A stretch of 64,000 nt of DNA from an uncultured Pelagibacteraceae bacterium (GCA_902558545.1 CACEEJ010000003.1:2050-66049); one strand, 5' to 3'. Positions 1 to 10,911 are shown, counted from the stretch's first letter. Numbers and translations are program-made. The notes: generated by a model not told the origin, from the sequence alone.

Positions 1-590
1 ATTCAGCCGATGTTAATCAAGCACAAGTAAGAGATTTATTAAGACCTTATATGTTAAAATCTATTCCTGAGAATTTTCTTAATGGTTTCAATTATGATGA
101 TTTTTATGTAAATCCAACAGGTAATTTCGTGATTGGTGGTCCCGATGGAGATTGTGGTCTTACGGGTAGAAAAATTATTGTCGATACATATGGTGGTGCT
201 GCACCTCATGGAGGTGGTGCTTTTTCAGGAAAAGATCCAACTAAAGTTGATAGATCGGCAGCTTACGCGGCAAGGTATATTGCTAAAAATGTTGTGGGTT
301 CAAAAATTGCTGAAAAATGTTTAATTCAATTAGCTTATGCAATTGGTGTATCAAAACCACTTTCTATTTACGTTGATTTATTTGATAACGACATAGATAA
401 AAATAAATTTGTTGTCGAAAAGATTAAAGAAAATTTTGATTTAAGCCCTAGAGGCATCAGAGAAATGTTAAATTTAAATAAACCAATATATGAAAAAACA
501 GCTGCCTATGGTCATTTTGGTAGGACACCTGAGGAAAATGGTTCATTTTCATGGGAAAAAACTGATAAAACTGAGGTTTTTTCCAAATAG
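1..590 (+). CDS. metK: S-adenosylmethionine synthetase, 5'-truncated by window edge
   Basis: Motifs [39 protein letters not shown] and AAYGHFGR; frame stays open upstream of 51 to the window start. Confidence 0.98.
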   Translation, partial: SADVNQAQVRDLLRPYMLKSIPENFLNGFNYDDFYVNPTGNFVIGGPDGDCGLTGRKIIVDTYGGAAPHGGGAFSGKDPTKVDRSAAYAARYIAKNVVGSKIAEKCLIQLAYAIGVSKPLSIYVDLFDNDIDKNKFVVEKIKENFDLSPRGIREMLNLNKPIYEKTAAYGHFGRTPEENGSFSWEKTDKTEVFSK

Positions 591-647
591 TTTCTGTTGA
601 ATTAAAAATAAACTTTACTATATTGCCATTACATTATTGAACTTTAC

Positions 648-674
648 AAAATGGGCTTTAGCCCATTTTTTTTT
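648..674 (+). promoter_or_regulatory. rimP-leader-like hairpin/attenuator upstream of nusA
   Basis: AAAATGGGC-TTTA-GCCCATTTT followed by a T-run, 15 nt before the nusA ATG. Confidence 0.65.
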
Positions 675-689
675 GGAGCAAACAAAATT

Positions 690-2243
690 ATGTTGAATAA
701 AAGAGCAGATAAACTTGAATTATTAAGAATTGCTGAAGCCGTAGCTTTAGAAAAATCAATTGATAAAGAACTTATCATAAGTTCTATGGAAACGGGCATT
801 GCTAAGGCTGCAAAATCAAAATTTGGACAAGAAAATGAAATTAAGGTTTCTATTAATAGAGACAATGGAGATATTGAGCTTTTTAGAAAATTGATAATTG
901 CGGAAAATCCTGAAAATTCAAATACTGAGATAAAATTGGAGGATGCAATTAATTTAAATGAACTAAATAAAGACAAGTCTATTGGTGACGAAGTATTACA
1001 ACCACTTCCTTCATTTGATTTTGGAAGAATAGCCGCACAAACTGCAAAGCAAGTAATTAGTTTTAATGTAAGAGAAGCTGAAAGAGAAAGACAATTTAAC
1101 GACTTTATAGATAAAAAAGACACAATTTTAAGTGGAATTGTAAAAAGATTAGAATTTGGAAATGTAATTGTTGATCTAGGAAGAACCGAGGCAATAATTC
1201 AAAAAAATGAATTGATACCTCGTGAAAATATTAAAGCAGGCGATCGTATAAAAGCTTTTTGTTACGATGTAAGAAGAGAACCTAGAGGACAACAAATATT
1301 TCTTTCTAGAGCTCATCCTAAATTTATGGAAAAACTTTTTGTGCAAGAAGTTCCTGAAATCTATGATGGTTTAATTGAAATTAAATCTTCTTCTAGAGAT
1401 CCAGGAAGTAGAGCTAAAATATGCGTTAAAGCAGTCGACACATCTCTAGATCCAGTAGGAGCTTGTGTAGGTATGAGAGGTTCAAGAGTTCAAGCTGTTG
1501 TAAATGAGCTTCAAGGAGAGAAAATTGATATAGTTAATTGGTCAGAGGATCCTGCTATTTTGGTTTCAAATGCGCTATCTCCAGCTGAAGTACAAAGAGT
1601 TAACGTTGATAGTGAAAGAAAAAAACTTGATGTAATTCTAACTGAAGAAAATTTAAGTAAAGCAATTGGAAGAAGAGGTCAGAATGTTAGACTTGCAACC
1701 AAACTTTTAAATTTTGAAATCAATATAATGACAGATGCAGAGGATTCTGAAAGAAGACAATTGGAATTTAAAGAAAAAACAGAGAACTTTGTAAAAAATT
1801 TAGAGTTAGACGAAACATTGGGTCAACTACTTGTTGCTGAAGGATTTTCAACTATTGACGATATCAAAGATAGTTTAGCTGAAAACTTAACGAAGATTGA
1901 AGGTATAGAAGAAGATACTGCTAAAGCGTTAATAGAAAGAGCCAAAGAGTTTTATGAAAAGGATCAGGAGGATATTTCCCAAAGAATTAAAGAATTAGGT
2001 CTTGAAGATGCCTTGATTGATTTAAAGGGATTAACCCCTGGAATGTTAGTCACACTTGGTGAACAAAAAATTCTAAGTTTAGAAGATTTTGCAGATTTAG
2101 CATCTGATGAATTAACTGGTAGTTATGATGTGGTTAAAGGTGAGAGAGTCAAAATCCAAGGTTATTTGGAAGATTTTGCTCTATCAAAAGAAGAAGCGGA
2201 TGAACTAATTATGTCTGCGCGAAACATTGTTTATAAAGATTGA
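690..2243 (+). CDS. nusA: Transcription termination/antitermination factor NusA
   Basis: FGRIAAQTAKQVI, S1/KH domains, DPVGACVGMRGSRV, AIGRRGQNVRLA; ATG 690 preferred because ATG 651 lies in the leader hairpin. Confidence 0.97.
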   Translation: MLNKRADKLELLRIAEAVALEKSIDKELIISSMETGIAKAAKSKFGQENEIKVSINRDNGDIELFRKLIIAENPENSNTEIKLEDAINLNELNKDKSIGDEVLQPLPSFDFGRIAAQTAKQVISFNVREAERERQFNDFIDKKDTILSGIVKRLEFGNVIVDLGRTEAIIQKNELIPRENIKAGDRIKAFCYDVRREPRGQQIFLSRAHPKFMEKLFVQEVPEIYDGLIEIKSSSRDPGSRAKICVKAVDTSLDPVGACVGMRGSRVQAVVNELQGEKIDIVNWSEDPAILVSNALSPAEVQRVNVDSERKKLDVILTEENLSKAIGRRGQNVRLATKLLNFEINIMTDAEDSERRQLEFKEKTENFVKNLELDETLGQLLVAEGFSTIDDIKDSLAENLTKIEGIEEDTAKALIERAKEFYEKDQEDISQRIKELGLEDALIDLKGLTPGMLVTLGEQKILSLEDFADLASDELTGSYDVVKGERVKIQGYLEDFALSKEEADELIMSARNIVYKD

Positions 2244-2253
2244 GTGATGAGGT

Positions 2254-4473
2254 ATGGAGAAAAAAACAAAATTAACAATTTCAGGCTCAGCCAAAAAATC
2301 AATCAAGAACATTGAGATTGCTAAATCTCAAGGAAAAAATTCTGTAGTAATTGAAAAACAAATTGGAAAATTCTCGAGTAGAGGTGGGTCATTTAGATCT
2401 AGTACGAATAAGCAAAGAGTCACCTCAACTTTCAACAGAGGAGCACCATTAAAAACTTCATTTAACCCTAAATCACCCTCTATAACAAACGATTTTGAAA
2501 AGAGAAAACTAGCAGAACAAAGAGCTACAAAACGACTTAAAGGAGATAGTGAAAACAAAGATAGAAAAGCTTTAAAAGCAGGAACAAAAAAGAGAGAGCT
2601 AAAGTTAACTGTATCAAGAGCACTAAGTGATGAGATTGATGCAAAACAAAGAAGTTTAGCATCAGTTAAAAGAGCAAGACAAAAAGAAATTAAAAATTCT
2701 ACAAAAGATGATTCTCAAGAAAATTTAAAACCGATTAAAAGAGATATTAATATTCCTGAAGCAATTACAGTAAGAGAACTTGCAAATAGAATGGCTGAAC
2801 AATCAAGTAATGTAATTAAGCATTTGTTTGGTATGGGTGTCACTGTGACTATCAATCAGACATTAGCTGCAGATACTGCGGAATATTTAGTTAAAGAATT
2901 TGGGCATAATCCAATTAGGGAAGAGAAAGCAGAAGAAATAATCCAAAAAATAAAAGCTTCAAGAACAGAAAATTTAAAAAATCGACCACCAATAGTTACC
3001 GTCATGGGTCATGTGGATCATGGTAAAACATCTGTTCTAGATGTACTGAGAAGTGCGAACGTGGTTTCAGGAGAATTTGGTGGAATAACCCAACACATTG
3101 GAGCTTATCAAATTGAAAGCCAGGGTAATAAATTAACATTTATTGATACCCCAGGTCATGCTGCATTTACAGAAATGAGAGCAAGAGGATCAAAATTAAC
3201 AGACGTGGTTGTTTTAGTAGTCGCTGCTGATGATGGAGTTAAACCTCAAACAGTTGAGTCCATTAAACATGCTAAAGCTGCAAATGTTCCAATAGTTGTA
3301 GCAATAAATAAATGTGATCTACCAGAGGCAGATCCTCAGAAGATAAAAAATCAATTATTAGAGCACGAATTAATTGCTGAAGATTTATCTGGTGATACTT
3401 TAATGGTTGAGATTTCAACTAAAACAAAACAAAACTTAGATAAATTAGTAGAGTCAATAATACTACAAGCAGAGATTTTAGATCTTAAAACGGATTATGA
3501 ATCTAAAGCTACAGGCATAGTTTTAGAGTCAAAAATTGATGTTGGCAGGGGTCCAGTTGCAAATATAATTGTTACTACCGGAACACTTGAGAAAGGTGAT
3601 TTTTTTGTAAGTGGTTTAAAATGGGGAAAAGTAAGAGCGATTATTAATGACAAAGGTCAAAATATTAATAAAGCCTCACCTTCAACTCCTGTTGAAATTT
3701 TAGGTATAAATGGAGCAGCAAAAGCTGGAGATGATTTTATTGTTCTAGATACTGAAAAAGAAGCCAAAACATTGAGTGAAAATAGAGCTCAAGAAAGCAA
3801 AGATGGAAAAAATCCATTAACTTTTGCAACTCAAGATTCAGCCTTTTCAGATCAATCTACAGAAGAATTAAATTTAATTATTAAATCTGATGTGCATGGA
3901 TCATCGGAAGCAATTAAAAATGCAATTAGTCAAATTAAACATGATGAAGTTAAACCTAAAATTATTCTAGCAGATATTGGAATGGTGACAGAGACGGATG
4001 TTACATTAGCTAAAGCTTCAAATGCAGTATTAATAGCTTTTAATGTTAAACCAAGTAAGGAAGCAAAAAAACTTGCTGAAAATGAGAAGATAAAAATATC
4101 TTCTTACAATATTATTTATGAAGTTTTAGATTATATTAAACAAAGAATGTCAGGGTTATTGGCACCTGATGTCCAAGAAAAAATTACTGGAACTGCACAA
4201 ATTTTAGAAATATTTAAAGTTTCAGGTGCTGGAAAAGTTGCTGGTTCAAAAGTAACAGAGGGTGAAATTAATAGCACTTCAGATGTAAGAATTATTAGAG
4301 ATGGTGCTATTATTTATACTGGAAAAATCTCAACAATATTTAGAGAAAAAAACCAAGTGAAACAAGTAAGTGGCGGTCAAGAGTGTGGAATTACAATTAA
4401 GGATTATATGGATTTTCAAAAAAATGACACAATAGAAGCATTTAGTGTTACATCTACTGAAAGGTCAATTTAA
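2254..4473 (+). CDS. infB: Translation initiation factor IF-2
   Basis: RPPIVTVMGHVDHGKT, DTPGHAAF, NKCD GTPase motifs; follows nusA. Confidence 0.98.
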   Translation: MEKKTKLTISGSAKKSIKNIEIAKSQGKNSVVIEKQIGKFSSRGGSFRSSTNKQRVTSTFNRGAPLKTSFNPKSPSITNDFEKRKLAEQRATKRLKGDSENKDRKALKAGTKKRELKLTVSRALSDEIDAKQRSLASVKRARQKEIKNSTKDDSQENLKPIKRDINIPEAITVRELANRMAEQSSNVIKHLFGMGVTVTINQTLAADTAEYLVKEFGHNPIREEKAEEIIQKIKASRTENLKNRPPIVTVMGHVDHGKTSVLDVLRSANVVSGEFGGITQHIGAYQIESQGNKLTFIDTPGHAAFTEMRARGSKLTDVVVLVVAADDGVKPQTVESIKHAKAANVPIVVAINKCDLPEADPQKIKNQLLEHELIAEDLSGDTLMVEISTKTKQNLDKLVESIILQAEILDLKTDYESKATGIVLESKIDVGRGPVANIIVTTGTLEKGDFFVSGLKWGKVRAIINDKGQNINKASPSTPVEILGINGAAKAGDDFIVLDTEKEAKTLSENRAQESKDGKNPLTFATQDSAFSDQSTEELNLIIKSDVHGSSEAIKNAISQIKHDEVKPKIILADIGMVTETDVTLAKASNAVLIAFNVKPSKEAKKLAENEKIKISSYNIIYEVLDYIKQRMSGLLAPDVQEKITGTAQILEIFKVSGAGKVAGSKVTEGEINSTSDVRIIRDGAIIYTGKISTIFREKNQVKQVSGGQECGITIKDYMDFQKNDTIEAFSVTSTERSI

Positions 4474-4841
4474 TGGCAGATAGAATAGGAAAACCAGTAT
4501 CACAAAGACAGCTTAGAGTTGGAGAAATGATTAAGCAGTCTTTAAGCATGATTTTTATTAGAAATGAGGCTAAAGTGCCGAATTTAGAAACAAATACTAT
4601 AACGGTTACTGAGGTTAAAATGAGTCCAGATTTAAAAATAGCTAAAGCATATGTGCTTCCATTAGGAGGAAAAGATGCAGAGGAAACAATTAATGTTTTA
4701 AAGGAATACTCGTTTTTAATTAGAAAAATTTTATCACAAAAAGTGGTTATGAAATTTTTACCAAAATTACTTTTTAGAAAAGACGAATCTTTTGAGTATG
4801 CGGAAAAAATAGAAAACTTAATAAAACAAACAAATAAATAG
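4473..4841 (+). CDS. rbfA: Ribosome-binding factor A
   Basis: SQRQLRVGEMIK, TVTEVKMSPDLKIAKAY, PKLLFRKD; follows infB. Confidence 0.95.
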   Translation: MADRIGKPVSQRQLRVGEMIKQSLSMIFIRNEAKVPNLETNTITVTEVKMSPDLKIAKAYVLPLGGKDAEETINVLKEYSFLIRKILSQKVVMKFLPKLLFRKDESFEYAEKIENLIKQTNK

Positions 4842-4853
4842 GAAGAAAGAGGC

Positions 4854-5102
4854 ATGAATAAAAAGGCACAAGAATTAGCAATGCACGATAAAGATACTGG
4901 ATCTTCAGAGATTCAGATCGCTTTGCTAACAGAGAAAATTGAAACTCTCTCTAAACATATTAGGCAATTCAAAAAGGACAAACATTCATCTGTTGGATTG
5001 TTGAGAGCGGTAAATAGAAGAAAAAAATTGTTAGAATACCTAAAGAAAAATAAAATGGATTCTTACAAAAATGTACTGTCGAAATTGAATTTAAGAAAAT
5101 AG
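4854..5102 (+). CDS. rpsO: 30S ribosomal protein S15
   Basis: DTGSSEIQIALLT, KKDKHS, GLLRAVNRRKKLLEYL. Confidence 0.96.
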   Translation: MNKKAQELAMHDKDTGSSEIQIALLTEKIETLSKHIRQFKKDKHSSVGLLRAVNRRKKLLEYLKKNKMDSYKNVLSKLNLRK

Positions 5103-5117
5103 AAGTCAAGATAGATA

Positions 5118-5162
5118 GAACGGAATGGAACGAAACGAACGAAACGAAATGGAAATGAAATG
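5118..5162 (+). repeat. Imperfect tandem (R)AAYG repeat ending in the pnp start codon
   Basis: GAACG GAATG GAACG AAACG AACG AAACG AAATG GAAATG AAATG. Confidence 0.75.
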
Positions 5163-7232
5163 TTTAAAGTATACAAGAAGGAAATTGAAGTAGCGGGAAA
5201 GAAGATAAGTTTAGAAACAGGTAAATTAGCAAGACAGGCAGACGGTGCAATAATTGCAACATGTGGAGAGACAGTTGTATTAGCAACAGTAGTGGGAGCA
5301 AAAAAAGTAAATCCTGATATGGATTATTTTCCATTATCTGTAAATTACCAAGAAAAATATTATGCAGCTGGAAAAATTCCAGGTGGATATTTTAAAAGAG
5401 AAGCAAGGCCAACTGAGAGTGAAACATTAATCTCCAGATTAATTGATAGACCAATCAGACCTTTGTTTCCTGATGAATTTAAAAACGAAGTTCAGTTGTT
5501 ACCAACTGTAATTTCTTATGACAAAGAAAATGAGCCAGATATTTTATCAATCACTGCTTCATCAGCAGCATTAGCTATATCAGGAATGCCATTTATGGGT
5601 CCTGTAGGTGCTTCAAGAGTAGGTTTTATAGATGGAAAATATGTTTTAAACCCATCTAAAGCAGAATTAGAAAAATCAAAATTAGATTTAGTCGTAGCAG
5701 GTACAAAAGATGCTGTGCTTATGGTTGAATCTGAAGCAAGTGGTTTAACAGAAGAAGAAATGTTAAACGCAGTTAAATTTGGACATGAAGGATTTGTTCC
5801 TGTAATTGAAATGATCGACGAACTTGCAAAAGAATGCAGAAAACCTGAGTGGACTGTTGAAAAGAAAGATTTATCTGAAGTTAAGAAAAAACTTGAGGAA
5901 ACTTTCACGGAAGATCTTAAGAAAGCTTTTGCAACAAGAGATAAACAAGATAGATCTAATCAGATTTCAGAGATTACTGATAAAGCTAAAAAACTTTATG
6001 AGGAAGATGAAAACTACACAGATCTTGATGTTAACAGTCAGTTAAAAAATCTTGAAAAATCAATTGTTAGAACAGATATTCTGAAAAATAAAAATAGAAT
6101 TGATGGTCGAGGATTGTCAGATGTAAGACCTATTTCTTGTGAAGTGGGTGTTTTACCAAGAGCCCACGGTTCTGCATTATTTACTAGAGGCGAAACCCAA
6201 GCAATTGTTGTAGCAACTTTAGGAACATCTGATGACGAACAAAGAATTGAAAGTTTAGATGGATTACAAAGAGAGCGATTTATGCTTCACTATAATTTCC
6301 CTCCTTTTTCAGTTGGAGAAACTGGAAGAATTGGAACTGGTAGAAGAGAAATTGGTCATGGTAAATTAGCATGGAGAGCAATCAACTCTTCATTACCAAC
6401 AAAAGAAGCATTTCCATATACTTTTAGAGTAGTTTCAGAGATTACAGAGTCTAATGGTTCTTCTTCAATGGCTACTGTTTGTGGAACATCTTTAGCATTA
6501 ATGGATGCAGGAGTTCCAATTAAAGAACCAGTTGCAGGTATTGCAATGGGTTTAATTAAAGAAGGTGATGATTTTAGTGTGTTATCAGACATTTTAGGTG
6601 ATGAAGATCACTTGGGTGATATGGACTTTAAAGTTGCTGGAACTAAAGATGGAATTACTTCTCTTCAAATGGATATTAAAATCACAGGTATTACATTTGA
6701 AATTATGGAGCAGGCATTAAGCCAAGCTAAAGAAGGAAGAGTTCATATATTAGGAGAAATGAATAAAGCATTATCAGCTTCAAGATCTGATGTTGGAAAG
6801 CACACTCCAAAAATGGAACAAGTTAATGTAGATAAAAAAGACATTGCTGCAGTAATTGGAAAAGGTGGTGCAACAATCAGGGAGATAGTTGAAAAATCAG
6901 GAGCAAAAGTAGATGTAAATGACGAAGGTGTAGTAACAGTTGCTGCTCCAGATGAAGAGTCTAGAAACATTGCTATGCAAATGATTAAAGACATCACTGC
7001 AAAAGCTGAATTGAATAAAATTTATTCAGGAAAAGTAATGAAGATTATGGAATTTGGTGCATTTGTTAATTTCTTAGGAAAACAAGATGGACTGGTTCAT
7101 ATTTCAGAACTTGCAGATAAAAGAGTAGCTAAAGTTACTGATGTTGTCAAAGAAGGCGACGAAGTAAAAGTTAAAGTGATTGGTTTCGATAGAGGTAAAG
7201 TTAAACTTTCTATGAAACAAGCTGCTGAGTAA
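5160..7232 (+). CDS. pnp: Polyribonucleotide nucleotidyltransferase (PNPase)
   Basis: [47 protein letters not shown]; KH and S1 domains. Confidence 0.98.
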   Translation: MFKVYKKEIEVAGKKISLETGKLARQADGAIIATCGETVVLATVVGAKKVNPDMDYFPLSVNYQEKYYAAGKIPGGYFKREARPTESETLISRLIDRPIRPLFPDEFKNEVQLLPTVISYDKENEPDILSITASSAALAISGMPFMGPVGASRVGFIDGKYVLNPSKAELEKSKLDLVVAGTKDAVLMVESEASGLTEEEMLNAVKFGHEGFVPVIEMIDELAKECRKPEWTVEKKDLSEVKKKLEETFTEDLKKAFATRDKQDRSNQISEITDKAKKLYEEDENYTDLDVNSQLKNLEKSIVRTDILKNKNRIDGRGLSDVRPISCEVGVLPRAHGSALFTRGETQAIVVATLGTSDDEQRIESLDGLQRERFMLHYNFPPFSVGETGRIGTGRREIGHGKLAWRAINSSLPTKEAFPYTFRVVSEITESNGSSSMATVCGTSLALMDAGVPIKEPVAGIAMGLIKEGDDFSVLSDILGDEDHLGDMDFKVAGTKDGITSLQMDIKITGITFEIMEQALSQAKEGRVHILGEMNKALSASRSDVGKHTPKMEQVNVDKKDIAAVIGKGGATIREIVEKSGAKVDVNDEGVVTVAAPDEESRNIAMQMIKDITAKAELNKIYSGKVMKIMEFGAFVNFLGKQDGLVHISELADKRVAKVTDVVKEGDEVKVKVIGFDRGKVKLSMKQAAE

Positions 7233-7252
7233 TAGTATAAATTAAAATTGTT

Positions 7253-7285
7253 AACCCCTGGAATGAGAATTCTGGGGGTTTTTTT
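7253..7285 (+). terminator. Intrinsic terminator after pnp
   Basis: AACCCCTGGAAT-GAGA-ATTCTGGGGGTT plus T-run. Confidence 0.85.
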
Positions 7286-7304
7286 AACTAAATTAAACTA
7301 TATT

Positions 7305-8090
7305 TTAAGTAATATTTTTAGGATCTGGCATTCCAACCTTGTTATATCCAGCATCTACATAGTGAATTTCACCAGTAACACCGTTTGCAAGGTCGCTTAA
7401 TAGATATAACGCTGAATTTCCAACATCATGAATATCCACGTTTCTCTTAAGAAAAGAATGATCCTCATTCCATTTGTATAAGAATTTTGCATCTCCAATT
7501 GCAGAAGCAGCTAATGTTTTGATAGGGCCAGCACTTATTGCATTTACTCTCATTCCTTTAGCTCCAAGATCTCTTGCTAGATATTTAACACTTGCCTCAA
7601 GGGCTGATTTACAAACACCCATTACATTATAATTTGGAATTGCTTTATTAGACTCGTAAGTTAAAGTTAATAAACTTCCATTTTTTTTTATTACTTTTGA
7701 AGCTTCTTTTGCGACTTCAGTAAATGAAAAGCATGAAATTAACATACTTCTTAAAAAGTTTTCTCGTGTCGTATTTAAATATTCACCTGATAACTCTGAT
7801 TTATCAGAGAAAGCAACTGCATGAACCACAAAATCAATTTCACCCCATTGAGACTTGATATCCTCAAATAATTTTACTACTTCCTCTTTTTTTTCAACAT
7901 CACAACTAAATGTAACGTTTGAATTTAATTTTTCTGCTAAAGGAACAACTCTTTTTTTAAGAGCATCACCTAAATAAGTAAATGCTAGTTCTGCTCCTGC
8001 TTCTGCAAGTTTCTGAGAAATACCCCAGGCGATAGATCTTTCATTGGCAACACCCATGATTAATCCTTTTTTACCTTTCATTAAACTCAT
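7305..8090 (-). CDS. fabI: Enoyl-ACP reductase
   Basis: GKKGLIMGVANERSIAWGI, YNVMGVCKSALE, RVNAISAGPIKTLA. Confidence 0.96.
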   Translation of the reverse strand: MSLMKGKKGLIMGVANERSIAWGISQKLAEAGAELAFTYLGDALKKRVVPLAEKLNSNVTFSCDVEKKEEVVKLFEDIKSQWGEIDFVVHAVAFSDKSELSGEYLNTTRENFLRSMLISCFSFTEVAKEASKVIKKNGSLLTLTYESNKAIPNYNVMGVCKSALEASVKYLARDLGAKGMRVNAISAGPIKTLAASAIGDAKFLYKWNEDHSFLKRNVDIHDVGNSALYLLSDLANGVTGEIHYVDAGYNKVGMPDPKNIT

Positions 8091-8093
8091 AAA

Positions 8094-9305
8094 TTAAACC
8101 TTTTCAAAAATTAAAGCTGCGTTAGTTCCACCAAAACCGAAACTATTTGACATTACTGTATTTAAAGTTGTACCTATTTCAGTTTTTGCAACTATTGGAA
8201 ACTTTTTAGCATCATCATCCATATCTGTAATATTTGCTGATCCTGTTATGAAATTATTTTTCATCATTATCAAACAATAGATTGCTTCATGCACTGAAGC
8301 AGCTCCCAGAGGATGACCTGACAAAGATTTTGTTGAACTTATTTTTGGTACGTCCTCTCCAAAAGTTTCTTTAATAGCATTAAGCTCAGTTATATCTCCA
8401 ACTGGAGTAGAAGTTCCGTGAGTATTAATGTAATCAATTTTATTTTTAGCGGTTGACATTGCCATTTTCATACATCTAACAGCACCCTCACCTGATGGTG
8501 CTACCATATCGTATCCATCTGAAGTTGCTCCATAACCAGTTAATTCTGCATATATTTTAGCCCCTCTTGCTTTAGCATGTTCGTATTCTTCAAGTACTAA
8601 TACGCCTGCACCACCTGCAATTACAAACCCATCTCTAGTTTTATCGTAAGCTCTAGACGCAGATTGTGGAGAGTCATTATATTTTGATGATAAAGCTGTC
8701 ATAGCATCAAACATTGCTGTCATCGCCCAATGAATTTCTTCACTTCCACCTGCAAAAATAACATCCTGTTTACCCATTTGAATTAATTCCATAGAATTTC
8801 CTATGCAATGTCCACTAGTTGCACATGCAGAACTCATTGTGTAGTTAGTTCCTTTAATTTTAAATGGTACGGCAAGTGTTGCAGAAGCAGTGCTGGCCAT
8901 TGTTCTTGGAACAATAAAGGGCCCCATTAGTTTTGGAGTTTTAGCTCTTGTTTTGTCTGCTGCAAGTATTACATTTTCAATTGATGGGCCACCGGAACCC
9001 ATTACAATCCCAGTTTTAAAATTGCTCACTTCACTTTCTTCTAACCCAGAGTCCTTAATTGCTTCTTTCATTGCAATATAATTATAAGCTGATCCTGAAC
9101 CCATAAATCTAATTGTTTTTCTATCGATATGATCCTCTAGTTTAATATTTGGTTTACCATGAACATGGCTTTTCAGGTTATGCTCTTTGTACTCTTCTGC
9201 AAAAGAAATTCCTGATTTTGAATTTAATAAAGATTGATGAACTTCTTCTTGATTATTGCCTAGACAAGAAACTATTCCTAAACCGGTGATAACTACTCTT
9301 CTCAT
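8094..9305 (-). CDS. fabB: 3-oxoacyl-ACP synthase I
   Basis: [34 protein letters not shown]; in the fabA-fabB-fabI operon. Confidence 0.95.
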   Translation of the reverse strand: MRRVVITGLGIVSCLGNNQEEVHQSLLNSKSGISFAEEYKEHNLKSHVHGKPNIKLEDHIDRKTIRFMGSGSAYNYIAMKEAIKDSGLEESEVSNFKTGIVMGSGGPSIENVILAADKTRAKTPKLMGPFIVPRTMASTASATLAVPFKIKGTNYTMSSACATSGHCIGNSMELIQMGKQDVIFAGGSEEIHWAMTAMFDAMTALSSKYNDSPQSASRAYDKTRDGFVIAGGAGVLVLEEYEHAKARGAKIYAELTGYGATSDGYDMVAPSGEGAVRCMKMAMSTAKNKIDYINTHGTSTPVGDITELNAIKETFGEDVPKISSTKSLSGHPLGAASVHEAIYCLIMMKNNFITGSANITDMDDDAKKFPIVAKTEIGTTLNTVMSNSFGFGGTNAALIFEKV

Positions 9306-9805
9306 TATTTAAATAAACCTACTTTTAAACTTTCTGCCGAATATATTTTTTTATTATCTGCAAGAACAATCCCATTTGCAAGCCCAACAGTTGTTCCTCC
9401 AGGAGACATAATTTTTTTCATATCTATTTCATATCTTACATTTTTTACACTCTGTAATACTTCGCCTGTAAATTTCACAGTACCCACTCCTAGAGCTCTT
9501 CCTTTTCCAGGATTTCCTAGCCAACCTAGAAAAAAACCTACCAGTTGCCACATAGCATCTAAACCTAGGCACCCTGGCATAACTGGATCTTTTTTAAAAT
9601 GACAATCAAAAAACCAAAGATCATCTTTAATATCTAATTCAGCTTTTAAAGAGCCTTTATTAAACGCTCCATTATTTTCATTGATTTCCGTTATTCTGTC
9701 AAACATAAGCATTGGCGGGAGTGGTAATTTTGCATTACCAGGACCAAAAAGATCACCATTCCCACAAGTTATTAGATCATCATAGGAGTATGAGTTTTTT
9801 TTCAT
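9305..9805 (-). CDS. fabA: 3-hydroxydecanoyl-ACP dehydratase/isomerase
   Basis: [38 protein letters not shown]. Confidence 0.96.
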   Translation of the reverse strand: MKKNSYSYDDLITCGNGDLFGPGNAKLPLPPMLMFDRITEINENNGAFNKGSLKAELDIKDDLWFFDCHFKKDPVMPGCLGLDAMWQLVGFFLGWLGNPGKGRALGVGTVKFTGEVLQSVKNVRYEIDMKKIMSPGGTTVGLANGIVLADNKKIYSAESLKVGLFK

Positions 9806-9874
9806 ATTAGAGCACCCTTAATACTTGATTTAATCCTAATATAATATAATAAAACACTATATTTTTGTTCATAC

Positions 9875-9891
9875 TTTAGAATAATTATAAA
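9875..9891 (+). promoter_or_regulatory. Putative ICE (Irr box) upstream of irr
   Basis: TTTAGAATAATTATAAA versus ICE consensus TTTAGAA-N3-TTCTAAA (1 mismatch). Confidence 0.65.
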
Positions 9892-9896
9892 AAACA

Positions 9897-10325
9897 ATGC
9901 CAAAAAACTGTAATTTTATTGAAAAATTGAGAGAAGTTGGGCTTAGACCTACTAAACAAAGAATAAAAATGTGTGAAGTTTTGTATAATAGAGAAAAAAC
10001 TTTCCATTTCACAATTAACGATTTGGTTAAATTGTTATCTGAAAAAATGAATGAAAAGATATCTCTAGCCACAGTTTATAACACAGTTCATGCATTTGAA
10101 AAAAAAGGATATTTAAAAGAAATTTCAATCGATAGTCATAAAAGTTATTTTGATACAAACACCTCAGCACATCATCATTTTTTTGATGAAGATACGCATG
10201 AGCTAATCGATTGTGATGAGAGCGATATAGACAAAATAAATATTAGAAAAAATATTACAGGAAAAAAAATAAATTCTGTTGAAGTGTTAGTTAGAGTTGC
10301 GAGTGATAATCAAACTCAAAAATAA
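9897..10325 (+). CDS. irr: Iron response regulator Irr (Fur family)
   Basis: GLRPTKQR, ISLATVYNT, YFDTNT-HHHFF; no CxxC; divergent from fabA as in other alphaproteobacteria. Confidence 0.88.
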   Translation: MPKNCNFIEKLREVGLRPTKQRIKMCEVLYNREKTFHFTINDLVKLLSEKMNEKISLATVYNTVHAFEKKGYLKEISIDSHKSYFDTNTSAHHHFFDEDTHELIDCDESDIDKINIRKNITGKKINSVEVLVRVASDNQTQK

Positions 10326-10354
10326 TTTAATTAAATCATACACTTAAAATCTAC

Positions 10355-10371
10355 ATTATAATAATTCTAAA
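10355..10371 (-). promoter_or_regulatory. Putative ICE (Irr box) upstream of rubrerythrin
   Basis: ATTATAATAATTCTAAA; reverse complement TTTAGAATTATTATAAT. Confidence 0.6.
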
Positions 10372-10374
10372 CTG

Positions 10375-10389
10375 TTGACATACTGTCAA
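10375..10389. promoter_or_regulatory. Palindrome TTGACA-N3-TGTCAA overlapping a consensus -35
   Basis: TTGACATACTGTCAA directly after the ICE-like site. Confidence 0.55.
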
Positions 10390-10430
10390 TATGCATTATA
10401 TGGTTTGTTAATCATTAAAAAGGAGAAAAA

Positions 10431-10847
10431 ATGTCTTTAAAAGGAAGTAAAACAGAAGAAAATTTAAAAGAAGCATTTGCTGGTGAAAGTCAAGCAAATA
10501 GAAGATATCTTTATTTCGCACAAAAAGCTGACATAGAAGGTTACAATGATGTAGCTGCAGTTTTTAGATCAACAGCCGAAGGTGAAACTGGTCACGCACA
10601 TGGTCATTTGGAGTATCTAGAAGAAGTTGGTGATCCAGGAACTGGTATGCCAATTGGTGAAACAAAAGCAAATTTAGCTTCGGCAGTACAAGGCGAAACT
10701 CATGAGTATACTGATATGTACCCTGGAATGGCTAAAACAGCTAGAGAAGAAGGCTTTGAAGAAATTGCTGACTGGTTTGAAACTTTAGCTAAAGCTGAAA
10801 AATCACACGCTGGTAAATTTCAAAAAACTTTAGAGTCTATTAGCTAA
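10431..10847 (+). CDS. Short rubrerythrin without rubredoxin domain
   Basis: [35 protein letters not shown] di-iron ExxH motifs; strong SD AAGGAG. Confidence 0.93.
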   Translation: MSLKGSKTEENLKEAFAGESQANRRYLYFAQKADIEGYNDVAAVFRSTAEGETGHAHGHLEYLEEVGDPGTGMPIGETKANLASAVQGETHEYTDMYPGMAKTAREEGFEEIADWFETLAKAEKSHAGKFQKTLESIS

Positions 10848-10856
10848 TAAAATTTC

Positions 10857-10881
10857 TTAGTGGGCGACTAACGCCCACTAA
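10857..10881. terminator. Intergenic hairpin after rubrerythrin
   Basis: TTAGTGGGCG-ACTAA-CGCCCACTAA perfect 10-bp stem; no U-tract on the + strand. Confidence 0.6.
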
Positions 10882-10911
10882 AAACAATTCGAATTTCAAA
10901 TAACAAAATAT

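Noticed and set aside
5118-5162. GAAAC-containing repeats as a CRISPR array
   Set aside because: Units are 4-6 nt with no spacers and no cas genes
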